Positions 54,960-61,870 of a DNA stretch of 64,000 nucleotides are shown here, in pieces. The notes beneath the pieces were generated by a model. The model saw only the letters and a program-made list of their open reading frames with translations. It was not told the origin of the DNA and made no database searches. The first letter of the stretch is position 1; every line of letters starts with the position of its first letter. Source of the stretch: Dehalococcoidia bacterium (lineage in GTDB: Bacteria; Chloroflexota; Dehalococcoidia; Lucifugimonadales; UBA3495); NCBI GenBank assembly GCA_965213725.1, contig OZ243924.1, positions 303,544 to 367,543 of the forward strand, written 5' to 3'. The translations under genes were made by a program, and so were the position numbers.

Positions 54960-55940
54960 ATGGACTCGCAAATCCAGTATCGCAACGCCCCGGCCGCATC
55001 CCTCCCGCTCCCCCAAGGAGAGGGCCGGGGTGAAGGCGCCCCCGGGCCGTTCATCCTTTGCCGTGACTTGTTCAAGATCTACAAACGGGCCGATCTGGAG
55101 GTTGTGGCGTTGCGAGGGCTGGACCTGACGATCCAACAGGGCGAACTCGTCGCCATCGTCGGGGCCAGCGGCAGCGGCAAGAGCACTCTGCTCAACATCC
55201 TGGCCGGCCTGGACCGGCCATCGGCGGGGCAGGTCCAGGTGGGCCAGCGCGACCTGCTGGACATATCGGAGCAGGGGCTGGTGGAATACCGCCGGAAGGA
55301 CGTTGGTTTCGTCTGGCAGGCCACTGCCCGCAACCTGCTGCCCTATCTGAGCATAGCCGACAACATTGAGCTTCCCATGGCCTTGGCCGGACAGCCCGGA
55401 GGCCGCCGCAGAGGCTGGGCCGTGACATTGCTGGAAGCCCTGGGCGTCGGAGACAAGGCGGATCGGATGCCCCACCAGCTTTCCGGCGGCGAGCAGCAAC
55501 GCGCCGCCATCGGCGTCGCCCTCGCCAATCAGCCGCCCTTGCTGCTGGCCGACGAGCCTACCGGCGAGCTGGACACCGCCAACGCCGTGCTGGTGTTCGA
55601 GATGCTGCGAACCCTGAACCGCAACTTCGGCGTTACCGTCATCATTGTCACCCACTATCCGGCGGTCTCTCAGTACGTAGACCGGGTGGTGCATATACGC
55701 GATGGGCGCATCAGCTCGGAAACTGTCTCGGCCGCTTCGTACCGGCCTGACGGCACGCGCACCGAGGACGAGTTTCTGGTGGTGGACGAGGCCGGACGCC
55801 TGCAACTGCCCGAGGAATACGCCCACCGCTTCCGCCGCCGGGGACTGGCCCGCATTGGCTTGGAAGACGGACGCATTACCCTCTTGCCGCCCGACGGCCA
55901 TGACCATAACGGATCCCTTCCTCCCCAGGAAGAGGGTTAG
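54960..55940 (+). CDS. ABC transporter ATP-binding protein (MacB/LolD-type) with C-terminal extension
   Basis: Walker A is GASGSGKSTLLN, the signature is [15 protein letters not shown] and Walker B is [12 protein letters not shown]. About 90 extra residues follow the ATPase core. The first ~30 codons (…LPLPQGEGRGEGAPG) come from a repeat-like element, so the true start is uncertain. Confidence 0.8.
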   Translation: MDSQIQYRNAPAASLPLPQGEGRGEGAPGPFILCRDLFKIYKRADLEVVALRGLDLTIQQGELVAIVGASGSGKSTLLNILAGLDRPSAGQVQVGQRDLLDISEQGLVEYRRKDVGFVWQATARNLLPYLSIADNIELPMALAGQPGGRRRGWAVTLLEALGVGDKADRMPHQLSGGEQQRAAIGVALANQPPLLLADEPTGELDTANAVLVFEMLRTLNRNFGVTVIIVTHYPAVSQYVDRVVHIRDGRISSETVSAASYRPDGTRTEDEFLVVDEAGRLQLPEEYAHRFRRRGLARIGLEDGRITLLPPDGHDHNGSLPPQEEG

Positions 55941-55956
55941 GGCGGAGGCGTCCCTG

Positions 55957-56643
55957 GTGAAGGACGGAATTATCTCCATCTCCGCTTCATCCCTGACCCG
56001 CGCCTTCGAGAGCGGCGGCTCGATGGTCTGGGCGGTGAACGGCGTAGACCTAGACGTAAGAGCGGGCGAAATGCTGGCGGTAACCGGGCGCTCCGGATCC
56101 GGCAAGACCACCCTGCTCAACCTGCTTTCGGGGCTGGACCGTCCCACCGGCGGCGTGGTCGCCTTCCGGGGCGAAGACCTGTCGCAGCTGCCCGAGAGGG
56201 AACTGGTGGAGCTTCGCCGCTGGAAAATCGGGTTTGTCTTCCAGTCATTCGGGCTGATGCCGTTGCTGTCGGCCCAAGAAAACGTGGAACTGCCCCTTCA
56301 CATCAACGGCGTTTCTTGGCGGGAGCGGCGGAGGCGGGCCCAGCAGGTACTGGACTCGGTGGGACTAGGCAGCCGGGCCCGGCACAGGCCCTATGAACTG
56401 TCCGGCGGAGAACAGCAGCGGGTATCCATCGCCCGCGCGCTGGTGACGCAGCCCGAGGTGGTCTTCGCCGACGAGCCTACCGGGGAGCTTGACACCACTA
56501 CCGCGCGCGCCATCACTGCCATCCTGCGGGAAATCTCCGCCAACGGCACCACTGTAATCACCGCCACTCACGATATGTCGCTGGCAGAGGCCGGAGACCG
56601 GCGCCTGGAAATGATGGACGGCTCCCTGATATCCTGCGATTAG
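55957..56643 (+). CDS. ABC transporter ATP-binding protein (MacB/LolD-type), second ATPase
   Basis: In-frame GTG 55957 has GGAGG at 55944-55948 and lies just after the previous stop. ATG 55900, which would overlap by 41 nt, is the alternative. Walker A is [12 protein letters not shown], the signature is [15 protein letters not shown] and Walker B is [12 protein letters not shown]. Confidence 0.85.
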   Translation: MKDGIISISASSLTRAFESGGSMVWAVNGVDLDVRAGEMLAVTGRSGSGKTTLLNLLSGLDRPTGGVVAFRGEDLSQLPERELVELRRWKIGFVFQSFGLMPLLSAQENVELPLHINGVSWRERRRRAQQVLDSVGLGSRARHRPYELSGGEQQRVSIARALVTQPEVVFADEPTGELDTTTARAITAILREISANGTTVITATHDMSLAEAGDRRLEMMDGSLISCD

Positions 56644-56647
56644 GGGT

Positions 56648-56809
56648 ATGGATGTGGGTTTCGACGAACCCAGTCGTTGCCAGACGGCCGCCGAGTCCGA
56701 AAACCTCAGCCTCGGCGGTCAGTCCGCGCTCAATGGCTGCGATACGCCCAGTCTGGATGCCAATATCAACCGGAGCCGCGTCCGCTCCGTCCGTGATTTC
56801 GTCATCCCG
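56648..56809 (-). pseudogene. N-terminal stub (~54 codons) of a cytosine-deaminase-like amidohydrolase, no start codon
   Basis: The minus-strand frame directly after the aminotransferase stop reads DDEITDGADAAPVDIGIQTGRIAAIERGLTAEAEVFGLGGRLATTGFVETHIH. This is the usual amidohydrolase N-terminus ending in the HxH metal motif. The similarity stops 5 nt from the stop codon of the ABC ATPase gene on the other strand. There is no in-frame ATG/GTG/TTG. Confidence 0.55.
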
Positions 56810-58153
56810 TTAACGGTGGCTTATCAGGCCCTCGTCCATCATCGCCTTGATTGCGCCGTCGAAGGCTTCCAGCGAGAGGTCTATGTCGGACTCCGTGTGC
56901 ACGCCGGACAGAACCCCGCTGGTGCGGGACATCAGGTCCACGCCGCGCACTTGCAGGGCTTGGCGGAAGCTGGTCTGAATCTCGGAGGATATGCCCTTGA
57001 GCACGTGAGCATCCAGCCCTTCGATGGAACGCGCTCCGAAATAGATGTGGAAAGTGGAAGACTCGCCATAAACAGAGGCCGCCACTTCGTAGCGGTCAAC
57101 GACTTCCTGTAGTCCCGTGCGCAGCCGCGCGGCCATGGCGTCGGCCTGGGCCTGCATCTCCCCGGTAGCCACGATGCGCAGGGCGGCGTTGCCGGTGGCG
57201 GCGCAGTAGGGGTTGGCGTTGAAGGTGCCGCCGTGGTAGACCCGCTGGAAGCGGTCGTGATGCGCGTCTCCCCTTTGCTCCATCACCGACATTACGTCAT
57301 CCCGGCCGGCCACTGCGCCGCCCGGCAGTCCGCCGGTGAGAATCTTGGCCATGGTGCAAAGGTCGGGGCGGATGTTCAGTGCCTCTTGCAGTCCGCCGGG
57401 GCTCCAGCGGAACCCGGTGATAACCTCGTCGAGAATCATCACCACGCCGTATTTCTCCGTCAGTTCCCGGACGCCCTCCACGAAGCCGGGCTGGCGGGGA
57501 ACCGTTCCGTAGGACGCTCCCGAGCCTTCCGTTATGACCCCGGCTATGTCGTTGTCCGTGGACAGCGCGCGCTCCAGGGCGTCCAGGTCGGGCGGCAACA
57601 CCACCACGGAGTCCACCGTACCCTTGGGAATCCCGGTGGATGAAGGCACGTCGAAAGGAGCCAGGTTGCCGGGCATAACGTAGTCATGCCATCCGTGGTA
57701 ATGGGACTGCCAGCGAACGATCTTGTCCTTGCCGGTGTAGGCCCGGGCCACACGCATCGCCAAGGAAGTGGCCTCGGCGCCCGACCCCACGAACCGCACC
57801 TTGTCGGCGCAGGGCATCAGGTTGCAGACCCGTTCGCCCCACTCCAGCACCGTCTCCACCGGGGAGCCGTAGTGCGACCCCGCCGGGGCAGCCCGCACCA
57901 GGGCCTCCACCACCTCCGGGTGGGAGTGGCCCAGCAGCAGCGAAGCGGAGCCCAGCCCGTAGTCTATGTACTCGTTGCCGTCCACGTCCCACTTGCGCGG
58001 GCCTTGACCCCGCTCTATGGTGATGGGAAACGGGTCGGCCACGTAACCGTCGTGACCGGCGCCGCCGGACGGAAAATGCTGCTGGAAACGGGGAAACAGG
58101 GCCGCCGACTTGGGGTTTCTGCGAATATATGCCTCGCGGATTGTCTCGGCCAT
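56810..58153 (-). CDS. class-III (PLP, fold type I) aminotransferase, glutamate-1-semialdehyde-aminomutase-like
   Basis: Start at ATG 58153 with an AGGAGG SD, giving 447 aa. ...GSGAEATSLAMRVARAYTGK..., ILDEVITGFR and MAKILTGGLPGGAV (Lys in AK) fit the aminotransferase class-III family. Confidence 0.8.
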   Translation of the reverse strand: MAETIREAYIRRNPKSAALFPRFQQHFPSGGAGHDGYVADPFPITIERGQGPRKWDVDGNEYIDYGLGSASLLLGHSHPEVVEALVRAAPAGSHYGSPVETVLEWGERVCNLMPCADKVRFVGSGAEATSLAMRVARAYTGKDKIVRWQSHYHGWHDYVMPGNLAPFDVPSSTGIPKGTVDSVVVLPPDLDALERALSTDNDIAGVITEGSGASYGTVPRQPGFVEGVRELTEKYGVVMILDEVITGFRWSPGGLQEALNIRPDLCTMAKILTGGLPGGAVAGRDDVMSVMEQRGDAHHDRFQRVYHGGTFNANPYCAATGNAALRIVATGEMQAQADAMAARLRTGLQEVVDRYEVAASVYGESSTFHIYFGARSIEGLDAHVLKGISSEIQTSFRQALQVRGVDLMSRTSGVLSGVHTESDIDLSLEAFDGAIKAMMDEGLISHR

Positions 58154-58322
58154 CGTATTCCTCCTGCCCTTGGGCGTCTGGTATATGACCTGAGCGCATT
58201 CTACCGCATCGGCGTCCCCTTCGGGGGCAATTGCCAGGTGCATTACAATACGGGACGGGCCAGAAATCAGATCCCGTCCGGCAGCTCAGCTACCAGACTC
58301 GAAAGAGGTCTGTCTGCTGAGG

Positions 58323-58351
58323 TTGACGTTTCAAGAGTCAATGAGTATACC
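58323..58351 (+). promoter_or_regulatory. putative sigma70-type promoter (TTGACG-17 nt-TATACC) plus leader hairpin
   Basis: The hexamers lie 54 nt upstream of ATG 58405. The leader contains a perfect 8-bp hairpin gccttcac-gcct-gtgaaggc at 58359-58378, 11 nt before the AGGAGG SD. Confidence 0.4.
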
Positions 58352-58404
58352 TGTTGGTGCCTTCACGCCTGTGAAGGCCGCTAATGCTCAGGAGGAAAAT
58401 CAAG

Positions 58405-58914
58405 ATGGCGGAACTTAGCCCGGCCCGAGTTCTGGAGGAACTGAAGAACAACGGCGTAACCCATGTGGTCTGGCTGCCGGACAGCGAGACCAATTTTCTC
58501 TACGTGTTGATGCGAGACGAACCGACCCTCGACCTCGTGCCCGTCAGCCGCGAGGGTCACGCCTTCTCCACCGCCGCCGGGCTGGCCGCCGGAGGCAAGA
58601 AACCGGTCATTCTGATCCAGAACACCGGCATGATGGAGTCGGGAGACTCCCTTCGCGGCTGGGGCTTAGGCATGAACACCCCGGTCGTAATGATGGTGGG
58701 CTATCGCGGCTGGACCCGCCACGGCGTCATCAACGACACCGCCGCCTTCTACACCGAGAGGTTCCTGCACGCCTTCAACATCAACTACTACCTCGTGGAA
58801 TCGGATGAGGACGCCGACCGCATATCGGTGGCTTTCGCCGAAGCCTCCCGGGAAAGGCGGCCGGTAGCCGTGCTGGTCGGCGACGAATACCACGGATTCA
58901 ACGTGAGCCGGTAA
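58405..58914 (+). CDS. thiamine-diphosphate enzyme, N-terminal (PYR) domain subunit; sulfopyruvate/phosphonopyruvate decarboxylase alpha-like
   Basis: Start at ATG 58405 (MAELSP...), 9 nt after AGGAGG. VTHVVWLPDSETN...VSREGHAFSTAAGLAAGGKKPVILIQNTGMMESGD is a TPP_enzyme_N-type sequence. The protein is stand-alone at 169 aa. Confidence 0.7.
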   Translation: MAELSPARVLEELKNNGVTHVVWLPDSETNFLYVLMRDEPTLDLVPVSREGHAFSTAAGLAAGGKKPVILIQNTGMMESGDSLRGWGLGMNTPVVMMVGYRGWTRHGVINDTAAFYTERFLHAFNINYYLVESDEDADRISVAFAEASRERRPVAVLVGDEYHGFNVSR

Positions 58915-58943
58915 AGGCACTTGAGCTGAGGAAGTGATTGGCA

Positions 58944-59534
58944 ATGATGAAGACGGCAGAAATGCTGGAGGTTTTCAACCAAGTTCGCGGAGACGCCATT
59001 GTGATACCGGGCCGGGGCGGGCGTCATTGGGTCAATATGAGCCAACAGCCCGACCGCGACCTTCCCTTGGGCGACCCGGCCATGGGCGGACACGCATCCT
59101 TCGCCCTGGGCCTTGCGCTGGCCCTGCCCGAGGAACGGGTGGTCCTGTTTGACTCCGAGGGCGACGTCCTGATGGGAATGGGCGCGCTGCCCACCATCGC
59201 CGAGAAGGCCCCCAAGAACCTGTATCACTTCATGCTGGATAACGGTGTCTACGCCACCACCGGCGGCCAGCCCGTGCCCAACGCCGAGGTGATGGCTTAC
59301 GACATCGTGGCCCAAGGCTGCGGCTATCCGGCCGCTTACTCCATAGACAACCTGGAGGACTTCAGCAGTCAGCTTGAAGAAATCCTCAGCCAGCCCGGCC
59401 CGGTTTTCGTGGCGCTGAAAATCGACCCCGAAATCATCAACGAGCCCATCAATGCCCGCCCGCAGTGGCAGCGCAAGACCCGCAACCAAGCGGTGGCCGA
59501 CATGAAGGCCGAACTGGGAATCCCGCAGCAATAG
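58944..59534 (+). CDS. thiamine-diphosphate enzyme, C-terminal (PP) domain subunit; sulfopyruvate/phosphonopyruvate decarboxylase beta-like
   Basis: Start at ATG 58944; the track gives TTG 58938. GDPAMGGHASFALGLALALPEERVVLFDSEGDVLMGMGALPTI...FMLDNGVYATTGGQ contains the GD-x(24-27)-N TPP/Mg motif. Confidence 0.7.
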   Translation: MMKTAEMLEVFNQVRGDAIVIPGRGGRHWVNMSQQPDRDLPLGDPAMGGHASFALGLALALPEERVVLFDSEGDVLMGMGALPTIAEKAPKNLYHFMLDNGVYATTGGQPVPNAEVMAYDIVAQGCGYPAAYSIDNLEDFSSQLEEILSQPGPVFVALKIDPEIINEPINARPQWQRKTRNQAVADMKAELGIPQQ

Positions 59535-59547
59535 CGAGGGCGTCTCG

Positions 59548-59574
59548 CCCGGCAACGCAAATGGCGATGCCGGG
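59548..59574 (+). terminator. possible hairpin terminator after the decarboxylase genes
   Basis: cccggca-(13 nt)-tgccggg forms a 7-bp stem 14 nt after the stop. The loop is large and there is no clear U-tract. Confidence 0.3.
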
Positions 59575-59582
59575 CCCTCTGT

Positions 59583-59663
59583 TCTGCGGCCTATGCGGGC
59601 GGGGCTGCCTGCGGATGTTGACCAGGACGCTCTGGAAGTTGCTCTGCGGCCTATGCGGGCGGG
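59583..59663. repeat. two perfect 21-bp direct repeats 60 bp apart
   Basis: tctgcggcctatgcgggcggg occurs at 59583-59603 and again at 59643-59663. The second copy ends exactly at the stop codon (59664-59666) of the minus-strand M20 gene. Confidence 0.9.
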
Positions 59664-60908
59664 CTACTTGGGCAGGCTGCAAACGTCCAGCGCGGTGAGG
59701 GCCAACACCTTGGCGACCTGCTCCATGTCGCTGATGCGGCTGTACTCGTCGGGAATGTCCGCGGATTCCGAGCCTCCGCCCGGCCCATACAGCAGGCACG
59801 GCACGCCCGCCGCCCACAGGTGGCAGGTGTCGTCCCCGGTGTATGAGCCGGGCAGCACGGTTCCCACGCCGTCCGGTTCCCGCCCGGTCACCGTGCGGTA
59901 CTGCCGCAGCACTGAATCCAAGATGTACTCGTCCTTGGGCAAGTCGAAAGGCTCCATCACCACGGTGAACACCCGGTGCTTCGGGTGCGGCGGCATCTCA
60001 ATCTCATACTGGAAGTCCGGGTCTTCCGCCTTGATCCCGTCGAGGACGCGTTCGATGTCCGCTTTGACCGAAGCCGAGGTCATACCGGGCAGGAAGCGCA
60101 CGTCCACCAGCACGGTGCAGAAGTCGGAAACGAAATTAGGCCCCCGCAGGTCGTAGTCCCGCCCCCGCCCGCCGATGATCGCGCCGACGTTTATTCGCGG
60201 CAGGCCGGGCAGATCCTCGCGGGGGGTGTAGGTGAACTCCACCCCGTCAATGGCGGGAACGGCCTGGCACATCTTGGCGATAGCGTCAACGCCCTCCTCC
60301 TTGCGGCTGATGTGCCGGGAGTTGCCCAGCACATGCACCGCCAGCTCCAAAACGCCGGCGTGAACCGTAAGGATGTTGTTGGCCCCAAAGGGTTCGGGGA
60401 CAACCGCCATATCGGTCAGCGGCCCGTTTCGGCAGAGGTAGGTGGTGCCAACGCCGCCCTGCAACTCCCCGACCACGCAGGCCAGCACCAGGTCGCCATC
60501 CAAGGCAACGCCCGACTTTCGGACGGCTTCGGCTGCCGTAATCAAGGAGGACACGCCGCTCTTCATGTTGCGGATGCCCGCGCCAAAGATGAGATCGCCC
60601 TCTATGCTGGGCGTCCACGGGTCCCGTTTCCAGCCCATGGCCAAGGGGTCAATATCTATGTGGCCGTTCAGCATCAGGGATTTTCCGCCGCCGCTGCCCC
60701 TGAGCGTAGCAATGGTCTGAAACCGCCCCGGCTCCACTTCCTGCAACTGCACTTCGTAGCCGCGCTGGCCCAGGTACTCGCCCAAGAAACGAGCTACGTC
60801 GCTCTCCTCGGTCTTGAAGCTGGGTATTCTGATAAGCTCTTGGGCTAGGCGCAGCAGTTCCCCGGTGTCAATGCTGTCCAGAATCCTTTGAGTTGCGTCT
60901 CCGTCCAC
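59664..60908 (-). CDS. M20-family metallopeptidase (ArgE/DapE/ACY1-like deacylase)
   Basis: 414 aa. The start is GTG, with a GAGGTG SD. LAQELIRIPSFKTEE, ...LMLNGHIDIDP..., ...GAGIRNMKSG... and ...VVPEPF fit the M20 zinc-ligand and dimerisation-domain layout. Confidence 0.8.
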   Translation of the reverse strand: MDGDATQRILDSIDTGELLRLAQELIRIPSFKTEESDVARFLGEYLGQRGYEVQLQEVEPGRFQTIATLRGSGGGKSLMLNGHIDIDPLAMGWKRDPWTPSIEGDLIFGAGIRNMKSGVSSLITAAEAVRKSGVALDGDLVLACVVGELQGGVGTTYLCRNGPLTDMAVVPEPFGANNILTVHAGVLELAVHVLGNSRHISRKEEGVDAIAKMCQAVPAIDGVEFTYTPREDLPGLPRINVGAIIGGRGRDYDLRGPNFVSDFCTVLVDVRFLPGMTSASVKADIERVLDGIKAEDPDFQYEIEMPPHPKHRVFTVVMEPFDLPKDEYILDSVLRQYRTVTGREPDGVGTVLPGSYTGDDTCHLWAAGVPCLLYGPGGGSESADIPDEYSRISDMEQVAKVLALTALDVCSLPK

Positions 60909-60933
60909 GTTTCACCTCAGAGCGCCCTGTCTG

Positions 60934-61800
60934 CTAGTTGCCGAGTCCTGCCTGCCAGTAGCGCCTGCCAGCGCGGCGGACGACCTTCCCGAATCCCGGC
61001 GCAGGAAAGTGGCAGGAAATGACCGGCGTACCCCGGGCTTCCGCGTCGGCCAGCATCTGCCTGCGGGTCTCGGTGGCTACCGGCCAGTCGAAATCGAAGT
61101 GGCAGTTCCAGCCGTCCTCGGTTACCTGCGCCGGGTGCACCAGCACGTCGCCCTGAATCAGCGCTTCCTGCCCCTCTGAGGCCACCAGGATACTCATATG
61201 GCCGGGCGTGTGGCCCGGAGTGTGCAGCGCCCGCACTTCCCCGGTCAGGTTGGCGTCCTCAGTCAGAGTGTCGAGCAGGCCCATACCGGCAATGGATTCC
61301 AGGCACCTGTCCATGAAAGGAAACGTCGAAGCCGCCTGCACGTCCGCCCGGCGAAAGTGGGCCAAGTCTGCCTGATGCGCCATGTACCGGGCGTTGGGAA
61401 AGGCCGGCGCGAGCTTGCCATCCCGCTCCACCACGTTCCAGCCCACGTGGTCGGAATGAAGGTGCGAGAGAAAGACCGTATTGACCTCCCCGGGGTTGAT
61501 GCCCTTGGCGGCCAGGTCGTCCATAAGCTCGCCCCGCCGCCCTCCGATGGCCTCAATAGGGCCTTCACCATACCCGGTATCCACCAAGATGGTCTGACCC
61601 TCGGAACGCACTAGGTAGCACCCGATTTCAATGAGCATATGGTCCTGCTCGAAGGCGTCCGGGTAAAGCTCCTTGTAGGGCGCCCAAACCTCGGGCGACG
61701 TGGCGGGAAAAAGCTGCGTGAGGGGCATGGGGAAGGGCAGGTTCATATCCGAGAGGGCGACTATCTCCACAGCGCCCACCCTCAAGACGAAATCAGACAT
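60934..61800 (-). CDS. MBL-fold metallo-hydrolase (lactonase-like)
   Basis: Start at ATG 61800 (MSDFVLRVG...). The HxHxDH motif is in FLSHLHSDHVGW, followed later by HTPGHTPGH. Confidence 0.8.
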   Translation of the reverse strand: MSDFVLRVGAVEIVALSDMNLPFPMPLTQLFPATSPEVWAPYKELYPDAFEQDHMLIEIGCYLVRSEGQTILVDTGYGEGPIEAIGGRRGELMDDLAAKGINPGEVNTVFLSHLHSDHVGWNVVERDGKLAPAFPNARYMAHQADLAHFRRADVQAASTFPFMDRCLESIAGMGLLDTLTEDANLTGEVRALHTPGHTPGHMSILVASEGQEALIQGDVLVHPAQVTEDGWNCHFDFDWPVATETRRQMLADAEARGTPVISCHFPAPGFGKVVRRAGRRYWQAGLGN

Positions 61801-61870
61801 AACCGCTCCCGATACCAACCAATGAAGGCTATGACCATTGACGAAATTGCGGGAACCTGTTTGTTTTTGC

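Noticed and set aside
56648-57112. A 154-aa plus-strand ORF at the aminotransferase 3' end.
   Set aside because: It is antisense to the aminotransferase and to the amidohydrolase stub, and it has no motifs.
59583-59663. Considered whether the 21-bp repeats with a 39-bp spacer are a CRISPR array.
   Set aside because: Only two copies are present, the repeat is shorter than the usual 23-bp-plus CRISPR repeat, and there are no cas genes or leader in the window.
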